64,000 nucleotides of DNA from an uncultured bacterium. Lineage in GTDB: Bacteria > Omnitrophota > Omnitrophia > Omnitrophales > Aquincolibacteriaceae. The notes below the pieces were generated by a model. The model was given only the letters and a program-made list of their open reading frames with translations. It made no database searches and had not been told where the DNA came from. Every line of letters starts with the position of its first letter. Position 1 is the first letter of the stretch. The translations under genes and the position numbers were made by a program. Where the stretch lies: NCBI GenBank assembly GCA_964482725.1, contig CAYZYT010000001.1:86318-150317 (forward strand). The letters are read 5' to 3'. Positions 54,284-64,000 of the stretch are shown here, piece after piece.

Positions 54284-55528
54284 TTATCGCTTCTTCAGTT
54301 CGGCAACCTCTTTTTTCAACACGTTGATCTGCTGTTGCTGTTCCTTAATCGCTTCGATGAGTGGCGGGATAAGTCCATTATATTCTACTAATTTCAGCCC
54401 ATGTTTATCAGACCCGACAATTTCAGGAAAAACCTTTTCCACTTCTTGAGCAATCACTCCCATTTGTAGTGATACACCTCGGTTTTCGTCTTTCCAGTGG
54501 TAGGTTACTCCGCGCAGGTCACAGACCTTTTTAAGAGCCTCAGGAATAGTAGCGATGTCTTTTTTAAGGGAAATGTCAGAAGTGTACTTTGTCACCCCAT
54601 TCACCATCACAGTCGCTGCAACAAGGTCGATCACTCCGGTAACACCATTTATGTGAGGTCCAATATAGATTGAATCATTAGCGCCACCATTACCGCTATT
54701 TACGGTCAAAACAGTTTCGCATCCTGACGTTAGGGATCCTGGATTTGCGGAATACAATTTACCTCGGCCCGGTCCAAAAAAAATAGCTCCATCAACATCG
54801 AGCAGCCCCTCTGGAGCCAAAGTCCCGACACCAACGCTACCGCCCCCAGGGTTTAGAAGAAGGGCCTTCGCCGTTCCAACACCCCCCCATGCCTGCAATC
54901 TTCCATACTCTGCCACGCCAGCATCATACCGATAACCAATTTCAAGTCTGCCGCTATTGGCATCCGAACTGCGAACATGGAGCTGTTGCGCAGCAATGTC
55001 GTCAGGGCCACTCACCACAAGCCTGACGACAGTTGGCGAAGTAAAAGGAAGCACCCCGATGCCGATATTACCGTCAGATGAGATGCGCATGGCTTCATTG
55101 GCTGCATCACTAAGGCTTCCCGATTTCCAGACTTTGAATGAGATCGCGCCTGTTTTATTGTTTGTGGAGCCGGTCAGAAAGTCGATCCCTGCGATGGCGG
55201 AGTTCTTATCGGTCCCGGCACGCCATGCGCCCACAATAGAATCTGTTCCCACATCCTCGTTTCGGAAGAGCTCTATAAAAGAAGCACGGCCAAGCGAATT
55301 AATGGTCAGACCCCGCCCGCCGTAGCCGGCATAATTCGGAGTGGTCGTCCCGATACCGACACTCCCGGAGGTAGTGGCAAAGTAAGCGTTTTCTGTCGTG
55401 CTTAAAGTTTGATACTCCCCCATCGGCGCGGGGTAGTAGGTCGTCAGTTCAACCTTCCCCGCAAAAGCGGAAGAGACCATCGCTAAAAACAAAACGCTCC
55501 AGCCGTATAAAATAATCTTTTTAACCAT
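54284..55528 (-). CDS. Exported fibre/adhesin with C-terminal peptidase S74 intramolecular chaperone
   Basis: Signal peptide, LTTYYPAP motif, G.VGIGT repeats, SD..LKKDI...GVIAQEVE.VFPE.V; start 55528. Confidence 0.85.
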   Translation of the reverse strand: MVKKIILYGWSVLFLAMVSSAFAGKVELTTYYPAPMGEYQTLSTTENAYFATTSGSVGIGTTTPNYAGYGGRGLTINSLGRASFIELFRNEDVGTDSIVGAWRAGTDKNSAIAGIDFLTGSTNNKTGAISFKVWKSGSLSDAANEAMRISSDGNIGIGVLPFTSPTVVRLVVSGPDDIAAQQLHVRSSDANSGRLEIGYRYDAGVAEYGRLQAWGGVGTAKALLLNPGGGSVGVGTLAPEGLLDVDGAIFFGPGRGKLYSANPGSLTSGCETVLTVNSGNGGANDSIYIGPHINGVTGVIDLVAATVMVNGVTKYTSDISLKKDIATIPEALKKVCDLRGVTYHWKDENRGVSLQMGVIAQEVEKVFPEIVGSDKHGLKLVEYNGLIPPLIEAIKEQQQQINVLKKEVAELKKR

Positions 55529-55657
55529 AGGGAAACCTTTCCGTTTCTGTTTTTTCCTAGCATCCGTGCGCTGCACAGAGGACCCTCGCTTGACCTGCGC
55601 CATTCCAAATTTTAACTTTGCCGGCTATCGCCCTGAAGAGTAACTCTCGAAGAACGT

Positions 55658-56992
55658 TCAAAGAGCGCCGGTGTCTTTCCCCTCACGGACAAGCGGGCTG
55701 CCGGCGAGCGGAGTAAAATCCCGGAGCGTCGCCGCAGGGCCAAAGTTTTTGGCTCCTGAAAAAAGCTGCGCGTAATTATTGTTCGTTCCGCTGGTGAATT
55801 GAACCATGACGTTATCCTGGAAGACCGTTCCCGTATCTCCCTCGGTATCGTAATAAGTGAGAACATTGTAGCGGACGATCGCATTCGTCGTTCGGACAAG
55901 CTCTAACCGAGGATAGGTCCTCCAATTGGCGATATCCCCCAGCCAGTCCGCAAGGACCGTGTTATGTTGAATGATCAATCCGGACGCCACATCGTAGACT
56001 GTGATCCCCTGCATTTTCCCGTTATAGATCACGTTTCGTTCGATCAGAATGTCTCTCCCCACGTAAAGCCCGCTGTCGCTCTTGGTTTCGATAAAAATAC
56101 TTTGCATGGAATCGCCCGTGCCCCGCAACATGACGTTGCCGCGGATCACAATATCGGTCATATCTTTGGTGGCGGTCGAATTCCAGAATTGAATAAAATC
56201 CATATGATCCGGTCGAGCCCCCGTAAGGACGGGATGGAAACTTGTGAAGAGATTATTTTCCACAAGCACATGCGACGCGCTCTGGAACGCGACGCCATCG
56301 CAGCGGATATTTTTAAAGGTGTTGTCCCGGACGATGACGTGATCGGTGTCGTAAAAAGTTCCTCCGATATAAAGATCATGCAAGACATTACCTTCGAAGC
56401 GGACATCCTGCGTAAGGCTCGTCCCGAAACCACGCACATCGTTATTGTAAATGCCGTCCACGCTTCCATAGAACTCTGAATCCAGGACTTCAAGGTGTTT
56501 CGAATTCTTGACGTAAAAGGCGCGGGTGTAGTCGGTGTCAGTGGGCAAGCGGTCGTGATGAATCACCACACCCCGGAATCGCACGTAGCTGACGTTGGTA
56601 AGATGGAGGGTGTCGAAAACGGCGCGACGGACCGGATCTTCGGAACGGATCGTGACGTAGCTTGTGTATTGTTTGTTGCTGAAATCGATCGGGGCATAAT
56701 TCCCCGCCGCGAGCACGATCTCTTCGCCTCCGGTCGCACGATTCAGCGCGTTTACAAGCTCTGGACTGGTCGTCACACGGACCGTGGACGGGGTAGAAAC
56801 CCGAGACCCGGAGGATACGTCATGGGCCGCAACGCCGAGTGGGACGGTCTGCAATAAAACAAGGCTAAGGGCAAAAAAAACAACGCCGGCCTTTTGCGCA
56901 TTTCGTGGTTTCATTCTTCCCAACTCCCGCCATAACTTCTTATGAACTCTATTCGTCTCAAGTGAAACAACACGGATGATTGACTTCGCCAT
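55658..56992 (-). CDS. Exported right-handed beta-helix (pectin-lyase-like) protein
   Basis: L..AL..A.GG..IVLAAGNY, parallel beta-helix repeats, H.D.IQF motif; start may be downstream. Confidence 0.8.
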   Translation of the reverse strand: MAKSIIRVVSLETNRVHKKLWRELGRMKPRNAQKAGVVFFALSLVLLQTVPLGVAAHDVSSGSRVSTPSTVRVTTSPELVNALNRATGGEEIVLAAGNYAPIDFSNKQYTSYVTIRSEDPVRRAVFDTLHLTNVSYVRFRGVVIHHDRLPTDTDYTRAFYVKNSKHLEVLDSEFYGSVDGIYNNDVRGFGTSLTQDVRFEGNVLHDLYIGGTFYDTDHVIVRDNTFKNIRCDGVAFQSASHVLVENNLFTSFHPVLTGARPDHMDFIQFWNSTATKDMTDIVIRGNVMLRGTGDSMQSIFIETKSDSGLYVGRDILIERNVIYNGKMQGITVYDVASGLIIQHNTVLADWLGDIANWRTYPRLELVRTTNAIVRYNVLTYYDTEGDTGTVFQDNVMVQFTSGTNNNYAQLFSGAKNFGPAATLRDFTPLAGSPLVREGKDTGAL

Positions 56993-57106
56993 TTCAAATT
57001 TTCTGATTATAGCCCTTGAGAAATGAACTGCCTAGAAAGAATCGGAAAACAGCCTCCGGGAGACGCCCCGAGCGCTACGCCTATTTTGCATTCCACGCTC
57101 CAGGCT

Positions 57107-58873
57107 CTAGGCTCTTGACAATTTCGCCCGCATCGCCGGAGTCAATTGTTTGACAAGCTCGGCATTGTACGAACCTGTCGGCATAGGTTTGATACTTGGA
57201 TCGGACAGTGGACTCGGATCTTGATATACCGCTCGCGTGTTAACGATCTGCTGCGCTGCAACAGCATAAGAACGCGACTTTGCCGCGGGGGTTCCCTCTT
57301 TGACCGCTGGATCCACGTTGGTCGTTATGATGGAAAGCGTCGCATCACTGTTGAGGTAGATCTCAAACAGGCGGAACTGCTGAGGAAATTCTCTCAGCGA
57401 GGATGTTTCCACCTGCCAAAAGCCTTTTTCAGGATTGCGGACTGGATCCGGAGAAATAAAAGCCTTCACCGTGTTGACATGACGATGCCCCGCGATCCAA
57501 AGAAGGAGATTCGGGTGACTTTGAAGTTCCGCGATCAGATCCGGCAGGGTGACAGCATTTTGAGGATCCCGCCACCATCCCATTTCGGACTGAGTCGGTT
57601 CAACGCTGAGCGGGATATGCGCAGCGATGATCATGAGCTGACCGGCAGCATCGCCCGCCGCAAGTTCTTTTTTAAGCCAGTCCCAACGCTCCGGATCAAG
57701 AAAACCATGCCCATGAATATCCAAAGAGCCGTCGTCTTCCCTTTGGGTATCGTCGAGGACGATCACCTTGATCGGGAGAGTTGACTTCGGCACGAAGCTA
57801 TAACAGGCGAAGCCTTTTCCTTTGCCGGGGTCGACCCCGTTAAACCCATGGCCGACCGGACTCGAAGATGTTTTGAAAAATTCTTTTATCCATTCCGTTC
57901 TTAAAAGTGAACGGCGATCCGGATCGGGAGCCACCTTCGGAGGATTCTTGAAGTTCGCGACAGGCCCCGCGTATTTGATATCACCGTACGGAGTCGAGCC
58001 GTCGAGTACGCCCATATAGTAATCAGGCTTTTTTATATTTCGAGGATCGGCAAGAACATCTCCCGTCGCGAAAACCGTGTCGCTCACATAGGACTTTCGA
58101 AGATCCTCGTTCACAGGGATCGACCCGATCCAGAAATGATCGTGATTGCCGAGAGTCTGATACCAGGGGATCCCCTTATCAAGCCCCGCCGCCTTGTAAG
58201 GCTTCTGATAATCGAGAGTGCCGGCGCCGAGATGAGCGCCCGAACTGGGGGTGATGACCCTGCCATCGAGGACGTCGATATACCATCTGAGTTCGTTCTG
58301 CTGGGTACTGTTGCAGGTATCGCCTAGGGAGATGCCGAAATCAAACGGATTTTTTTTGTGAAGGGCATTGATCGTCTGGACCGCTGCGTCAAGCACGTGC
58401 GTGGTATACAGCATGATCGGCGAATAGATCGAGGTGACCGCCGCATCTCTGGCATTCAGCTGCTGAAGATAGATCAACTGATTGGGAGATTCTTTGTCGG
58501 TGATATGGATGTCGGTGAAGGTAAAGAAATTCAAAAGTTTTGTTTTTTTAGTGACAGAGGCCCCGTCATAAGCACTTCCCATGATGTCGAGCCGCTTTTC
58601 GGAAAGAAGAGGCCCCCCCGCCTTCCATTGACCGTAGCCGTAGAGGCCGAATTTTGCGACCTGGCAAAGATCTTGCGGAAGAAGCTTCCCTGAAAATGTC
58701 GAGGCGGGGACGACCGTCTTCTGGAGCGTCGTAAAGACATCGGAAGCGATCGGGTATCCCTCGAGACGGGCTTGCTCTCGGACGACGCCTTTGGAACATC
58801 CCGATGAGAAGGAGATCAGCGCGCCCATCAAAAAAGTGAAACAGAAAATTTTAAGTCCATCCGATGGCTTCAA
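57107..58873 (-). CDS. Metallophosphoesterase (TIGR03768-like)
   Basis: TDIHITDKESP, LGD, GNHDH, AGHRH motifs; lipoprotein-like signal. Confidence 0.85.
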   Translation of the reverse strand: MKPSDGLKIFCFTFLMGALISFSSGCSKGVVREQARLEGYPIASDVFTTLQKTVVPASTFSGKLLPQDLCQVAKFGLYGYGQWKAGGPLLSEKRLDIMGSAYDGASVTKKTKLLNFFTFTDIHITDKESPNQLIYLQQLNARDAAVTSIYSPIMLYTTHVLDAAVQTINALHKKNPFDFGISLGDTCNSTQQNELRWYIDVLDGRVITPSSGAHLGAGTLDYQKPYKAAGLDKGIPWYQTLGNHDHFWIGSIPVNEDLRKSYVSDTVFATGDVLADPRNIKKPDYYMGVLDGSTPYGDIKYAGPVANFKNPPKVAPDPDRRSLLRTEWIKEFFKTSSSPVGHGFNGVDPGKGKGFACYSFVPKSTLPIKVIVLDDTQREDDGSLDIHGHGFLDPERWDWLKKELAAGDAAGQLMIIAAHIPLSVEPTQSEMGWWRDPQNAVTLPDLIAELQSHPNLLLWIAGHRHVNTVKAFISPDPVRNPEKGFWQVETSSLREFPQQFRLFEIYLNSDATLSIITTNVDPAVKEGTPAAKSRSYAVAAQQIVNTRAVYQDPSPLSDPSIKPMPTGSYNAELVKQLTPAMRAKLSRA

Positions 58874-59005
58874 AAACCCCTCCCCGGTTAATCGCTCGTG
58901 ATCGACTCGTCCCCTTCGGCTATGCCTTATGATTATATCCTTATTCGGAAGACCCGGATAGGCGTGGTTTCGGGATCTGTGAAACGATTGAACGAACCGC
59001 TAGAA

Positions 59006-60631
59006 CTATTTCCCGGAGACTTCAATAACATAGAGAAGTGGCATATGATCTCGCTCGACTTTGTAGAGCACCTTACCCGGGAAAAGGTTCTGTCTCCCAA
59101 AACGCGTGGTGGACAGGAAAATATCCGGATCCGTTAGGACCATCTCAAAGCGATCACGCAATTCCTGAGTTTTTTCTAAATAATAGCCGGTTTGACACGG
59201 CACCGACGCATTCAGGACCCGGATTTTTCTCTTGAAGGCGGGGTGGTAATTTTTGATCACCCACAGGATCCCTTCTCGATAAGAATTCCCCCAATAATCT
59301 GTTTCGTATTTTGTTGCAGCCTCAGCAAGTCCTCCGGCCAGGACACGATTAAAATACACCGTTTCATAGGGGTGAAGACGGCGCATATCGAGGGCTGTCA
59401 TTGCCAGGGAAAAGGCGATGGCGCAAATAAAAAACACCTTCACCCAATGATTTATTTTTGAATGGACCCACGCGGAAAACGAAAGGCCCCCCAAAATAGC
59501 CAGAAGCGGAATTAGAAAAAGAAAGTGGCGGAATCCGTCAAATTGGGGCGCCTTAAAAAAAATTGACCCCAAAACAGGCCCAAGACATGCGAACACGAGC
59601 AAGCTTACTTGAACAACCTGGAAGGTTAATCTCGGATTTCTAATTATATAAATAACAGCAAGCGCGGCTCCAAGCGACAGAACTATAAAAAAGTACTCCG
59701 GGAGAGAAATCAGAACGGATTGCATTAAATAAGCTTTGGGAAGCTGAAAAGAACTAAAATAATCCCCGTTAAATAACACCTTCATCTCTGTATTAAAATC
59801 CCAACGCGCCGCCTTGATCGCTCCGATGAAAGGACGGGTGAACGGATCGAGCTGTGCCCACGGCCACCAGACCAGCATGACGGGCCAGGCAATTCCAAAG
59901 ATCCACGCCAGATTGCGGATAAACTCGCGAGCGATCTTTTTGAGGCGGGTGTGCGTTGTCGTTACTTTGCCATTGGGGGACCCTTGCCCCAGAAACCACA
60001 AGAACCAGCCAAACAGCATACATGGAAATGCGATAAGCATACCTCCGACGCGTATCGCCATCATCAATCCCAGAGAAAGCCCCAGGAAAAACAGATCCTT
60101 TGGCTTGAGTCTCGGGAGGTTCTCGTAGGCGGCGATCATGCAATAGAGCGCTGTCAGAAACAAGGCTCCGAAAGGAATATCCACGGGGTTATTGAACATG
60201 TGGCCATAAAAAACGGGGTGCAAAGCGAGAAAAAGAGCCGAAAAGAAACCCGCCAGAGTTCCCGCAATTTTTTTCGCAATACAGAAACACATAAAAATAG
60301 TCCAGTAACCCAACAGTGCGCCCAAGAAGTGTCGCGTCTCAAAAACTCCCCAGGGAGATAGTCGGCTTGCTACTTGGGCAAGAACATCAAAAAATCCTCC
60401 ATAGAAAACAAGAACGGGATGCTGAAGAGCCCTCCCATCCTTTAAAAATGAAAGATACCATTTAACAACAAGCTTGCCGTAAGTTTGATGATCCTCTTCA
60501 TCCCAAGTAATGCCGTAATCGCGGAATGTTTTTAAAATAATAAAAAACAGAACGGCAAAAAAAACACAGGCACAGAGCTTGATGATTTTCTCAAAGGTGA
60601 AAGCATTCCATTCCAGGGGGCAGCGCTTCAT
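59006..60631 (-). CDS. GT-C membrane glycosyltransferase (ArnT/GT39-like)
   Basis: DYGITWDE, YGG.FD, P.FYGH.F.NP.DIPF, DYWG; multi-TM. Confidence 0.8.
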   Translation of the reverse strand: MKRCPLEWNAFTFEKIIKLCACVFFAVLFFIILKTFRDYGITWDEEDHQTYGKLVVKWYLSFLKDGRALQHPVLVFYGGFFDVLAQVASRLSPWGVFETRHFLGALLGYWTIFMCFCIAKKIAGTLAGFFSALFLALHPVFYGHMFNNPVDIPFGALFLTALYCMIAAYENLPRLKPKDLFFLGLSLGLMMAIRVGGMLIAFPCMLFGWFLWFLGQGSPNGKVTTTHTRLKKIAREFIRNLAWIFGIAWPVMLVWWPWAQLDPFTRPFIGAIKAARWDFNTEMKVLFNGDYFSSFQLPKAYLMQSVLISLPEYFFIVLSLGAALAVIYIIRNPRLTFQVVQVSLLVFACLGPVLGSIFFKAPQFDGFRHFLFLIPLLAILGGLSFSAWVHSKINHWVKVFFICAIAFSLAMTALDMRRLHPYETVYFNRVLAGGLAEAATKYETDYWGNSYREGILWVIKNYHPAFKRKIRVLNASVPCQTGYYLEKTQELRDRFEMVLTDPDIFLSTTRFGRQNLFPGKVLYKVERDHMPLLYVIEVSGK

Positions 60632-61464
60632 TAAGATGATGGCGTGCGGGAAGACAGAATTTCTTTTATTTGATCTATTCTTACGTTGAGAGGCTTTCCA
60701 GGGATATGATAAATAAACGACTCTGTCGTCAACTCACCTCTAGGGAAAATCCTCCCATAAAGCTTATGGGTGTATGCGTTCAAAATATGCTGGGGAACAA
60801 ACTGCACCCTTTTGCGAATACCCCTCCAATCCCGGTCGATCAAATCGATGACCGCTCTTTGCCACCACCACGCATGATCGACATATTTTCTAAGCGACCA
60901 GGTTTTTTTAAGCATCGCCTTCACGAAACAAGTATTTTTCAAAAGGGTCACTCCCGTATTCACACCATTGAAATCTTTGGTTAATATCATCTCAATTTGA
61001 GGCGGCGCCTTTTGGATAATTTGCGTCAGGAGATTAAAATCTAAATTCACGATACATGCATCGGCGTCGATCCAGACAACCCATGCCTCAGGATCATTTC
61101 CCACCAAAAAAATAAGCGCATAATACAACGTAGCAGCCGTGAGCCAAGGATAAGGCCGACGGCACATATTCTCCCCTTCAAATATCACAGCCCCAAAATC
61201 GTACCGCTCACAATATTTTTTGATCTGGGATGCGGCAATATCCCCCAAGATTTTATAATCACGGTTGTAGGCGGTAATCATAGTTACTTTCTTTGCCCTA
61301 TAATCGCCGGGGGGCGAGCTAAAATGCGCCTTTATTTGCCTGAGCGGTATTTGATAGCGCGGGAATTCCAACCAATAATATTTGAGATACTTGAACTTCC
61401 TCAAAAAGCTTTTGAGAGTTTGGATTATTTTAGATTTTTTCTCAAAAAACAGTTTCAAACCCAC
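60631..61464 (-). CDS. GT-A glycosyltransferase, GT34 (GMA12/MNN10)-like
   Basis: WIDADA, D.NG.NTG..L.KN, F..H.PG. Confidence 0.75.
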   Translation of the reverse strand: MGLKLFFEKKSKIIQTLKSFLRKFKYLKYYWLEFPRYQIPLRQIKAHFSSPPGDYRAKKVTMITAYNRDYKILGDIAASQIKKYCERYDFGAVIFEGENMCRRPYPWLTAATLYYALIFLVGNDPEAWVVWIDADACIVNLDFNLLTQIIQKAPPQIEMILTKDFNGVNTGVTLLKNTCFVKAMLKKTWSLRKYVDHAWWWQRAVIDLIDRDWRGIRKRVQFVPQHILNAYTHKLYGRIFPRGELTTESFIYHIPGKPLNVRIDQIKEILSSRTPSS

Positions 61465-61549
61465 AGATCCAATTCCTCCCTAATCTCTCGTTTTTACAAT
61501 ATGCTCTGCTCTAGCAAAGCCGCATCAAAACTCGTGGTCATCACAATCC

Positions 61550-62698
61550 TCAAAAGATCAACCACTTGAGAACCCCCGCGGTCGCAACGAGATTAAGCCC
61601 CAAAGCGATCCGATCCCCGCGCCGACCGCTGCGGGCATAGCAAATAAGCAGCAAACCCGCCGACGGAAGCAACAGACGCCCGTACGCCCACGGTTCAGGC
61701 CAAACATTATGGCTCCCCAGGATCGGGAGCAGAGAGAAAAACAAAAACGACATGGAGAGGGCATCCGGACAGCGCCTGACCTCACGCACCGCACTGAACA
61801 GCGTAAAGAGCAGGACCAAAATAAAAGCAGCCAGGCAATACCCGTCCTGGCTCACACCCTGGCCTGAAAAAAACCTCTGGGCCAAGCCCAGGAACGGCAT
61901 ATCAAAATTATGGCCCACGCTCTTTTGTAGAAAAGTTCCGAGCCGAACGTAAACATAGCCCTGCCAGAGCACAAAAGGGATAAGCGCGGTGGCACATATC
62001 GCGGCTTTTCGAAACTGGCGCCGTTGGAACCCTTGATCCAGAATCATGAAGACCGCAATCGGAAGATAGATCTCACGGGTAAGCAAGGCAGCGCTGAGCC
62101 ATAAAGCACAGCCCCAGAAACGCCGCGATTCATACAAAATAAGTGCTGAAACCGCAAGCGTTAGCCCGAGAGGATCCGCCAAGTCACGGAAAAGCCCCAA
62201 AAGATTGCCTCCCAGAAAAGCAAAAACAATGGCCCAAAGAGACGAACGCCCCTGAGAGGCCAAATAGCGCGCTACAAAAAAAGCCCCCATGATAATGGCT
62301 ACAAAATTGATCTGAACCATACGATCCGGATAATTCCGAGGGTCGCCTCCGGCCGTCCAATGCACCAGCAATGGATAAAAAATGCGTTGATAGCGATAAC
62401 CCGGGCCATCGATGTATTTGTAATAATCACTGAGGATCCAAGGATCGTGAGCGATCAGATAAAATAATTGTCCGTCGTAACCCTCGGAATTTTTGAGGTA
62501 AGGGATTCCGGGATCCAGTTTTCCGGGAGGAATAAATTGATCCCCAATGCAAATAAAGCCTCCTGTGTTCCCCCCCAACCTCACAAAATACCCACCCACC
62601 ACACCGAGCAGAATGATGGCGCACAGGAGAGCAACCCCCCAGGGACGGCTCTTCCGGAGTTGATCGAGCACGCGGTCCTGAAAAATGCTTTTATTCAT
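61550..62698 (-). CDS. GT-C-like membrane protein (cell-surface glycopolymer family)
   Basis: GYDGQLFY.IA.DP, YRYQRI.YP, LTRE; multi-TM. Confidence 0.75.
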   Translation of the reverse strand: MNKSIFQDRVLDQLRKSRPWGVALLCAIILLGVVGGYFVRLGGNTGGFICIGDQFIPPGKLDPGIPYLKNSEGYDGQLFYLIAHDPWILSDYYKYIDGPGYRYQRIFYPLLVHWTAGGDPRNYPDRMVQINFVAIIMGAFFVARYLASQGRSSLWAIVFAFLGGNLLGLFRDLADPLGLTLAVSALILYESRRFWGCALWLSAALLTREIYLPIAVFMILDQGFQRRQFRKAAICATALIPFVLWQGYVYVRLGTFLQKSVGHNFDMPFLGLAQRFFSGQGVSQDGYCLAAFILVLLFTLFSAVREVRRCPDALSMSFLFFSLLPILGSHNVWPEPWAYGRLLLPSAGLLLICYARSGRRGDRIALGLNLVATAGVLKWLIF

Positions 62699-62922
62699 CT
62701 TCGGGTCTCAATGTTTCTTTTTTAATAATGAAAAATGTTTTTAAAGAATAATCTCCCGTAACCCCATCAAAAGGAGCTACGCCTATCCAAACCATGACGG
62801 TTTCGCGCGGGAAGTTGCCACGCACGAATGAATCAATTGCTGCGAAAATAGCGACCGCTTGCGTTAATCCATTGAACTCAGAAGCATTTCATTCTCCGGT
62901 CGTTACTGCTTTCGCCCCGATT

Positions 62923-63726
62923 TTACCGAGCAACTGCATTGAGTATAGGCCTCAGCAAACGGGAAATGGTTTCTACCCGCCGTGCCCCTGCAAGTTTAAG
63001 CTGCCCACGGCGTTCAAAAACCTGAGCATGCGCAGCACCCTCCACCCGCCCTAGATAACGGAGCCCCATCGCCCTCAGAACCAAGTGAAAAGTGTGTTTA
63101 AGATGGAAAGTGGTTGGCAGATGGCTTTGGATGACAGGAGAAAAACAGTTTGCGAAGATCGCTTTGCCACCCTCTCGAACTGCTTCTGCAATGTCAAAGG
63201 CGATCCGCACAGGATCCTCGACATGTTCCAGAACATCCTGCGCGATAATGGCATCATAGCCAAGGGCTGAAAGCTCACTCACAAAGTGGATCTCTGGTTC
63301 ATTTTTCAGGTACCCCACTGAAACACGAGATGGATAGGGGTCGATGAGCGAAACTTTCGCATTCGGCATGGACCTCATGAGGGCCTGCGCAAGAGCCCCC
63401 CCACCCCCTCCATAATCAGCGATGTTGGCTGCACCGGTTTGTGCGATGTAGGACGCTATAGCTGAGCGATGTCCCGCGGAAACAGGATCGAGCCGGGTGA
63501 AAACGCCATTCATGACCCAGACGGGATGTTTGTAGTAATCGCCTATGGCTTGCCCAGCCAATGGCAACGCATTATTAAGCTTCAATTGTTCCCAGACTCG
63601 ATCCATTTCGGACCAAACCCACTCCACCGTAGGAAGCCTCTGCGGCAGGCTGGCAAGATAGTCGTATTCAGCCTGGTTGAGAAATTCACGAGGGATAGTG
63701 CTGCCCCATAAGTTTACGCCATTCAT
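62923..63726 (-). CDS. Class I SAM-dependent methyltransferase
   Basis: ADYGGGGG motif I, YD.I...DVLEHVEDP. Confidence 0.88.
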   Translation of the reverse strand: MNGVNLWGSTIPREFLNQAEYDYLASLPQRLPTVEWVWSEMDRVWEQLKLNNALPLAGQAIGDYYKHPVWVMNGVFTRLDPVSAGHRSAIASYIAQTGAANIADYGGGGGALAQALMRSMPNAKVSLIDPYPSRVSVGYLKNEPEIHFVSELSALGYDAIIAQDVLEHVEDPVRIAFDIAEAVREGGKAIFANCFSPVIQSHLPTTFHLKHTFHLVLRAMGLRYLGRVEGAAHAQVFERRGQLKLAGARRVETISRLLRPILNAVAR

Positions 63727-64000
63727 CTTTTATAACACCCCTCATAAGCATCAATAAATCGCGCCCAATAGACATCCACTTTAATTTCAGTCTCCTTCAA
63801 GCTATTTTACTCCTCAAAGGTTTCTTTAAAATCCGCACCTTCCTGCCGCGGGATCACCGTCCGGTTACCGCATAACCCATAGTTTCAGCGCTAAAATAAA
63901 AGTAATGCCATCGCTTTGTCTAGGCTGTTTGAATTCCTACCCACTAATTAAGAGCAGCCCTTTTTCTCACTATGTCACGCACGTAACGAAGCTGAGCAAT

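Noticed and set aside
54284-55528. Prophage
   Set aside because: Only one fibre-like gene, with a signal peptide; no capsid, terminase or integrase.
63727-64000. Possible decayed gene end upstream of the methyltransferase
   Set aside because: No sustained open frame or convincing motif within the window.

Overview
Bacterial chromosomal window with almost all genes on the minus strand; no rRNA, tRNA, CRISPR array or transposase was seen. The gene content (a 4.4-kaa giant exported protein, a TTYYP-motif fibre protein, a TIGR04073-like gene) suggests Candidatus Omnitrophota or a related PVC lineage (inference). Layout from left to right: vapBC and MNT-HEPN toxin-antitoxin pairs; a TPR gene split by one in-frame TAA; the giant gene; fadL-like, gpsA, a thioesterase and hrcA-grpE-dnaJ (no dnaK); an ECF sigma/anti-sigma/Spy locus with two matching promoters; a glucoamylase-like (GH144/GH189-type) protein; a 1.7-kaa BACON-repeat protein; murB; an accessory island of outer-membrane barrels, an amidohydrolase, three Ntn hydrolases, a YeeE/YedE pair and a two-component pair; then fibre, beta-helix, phosphoesterase and glycosyltransferase genes. 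Top candidates for a new system: (1) inside the giant protein, a C39-like peptidase domain (Ser in place of the catalytic Cys) sits directly before a double-glycine-type leader, which could release an 891-aa membrane plus alpha/beta-hydrolase effector; (2) a three-copy covarying palindromic leader motif links the giant gene, the ECF sigma gene and an outer-membrane locus. All domain calls come from reading motifs by eye and need HMM or structure confirmation.
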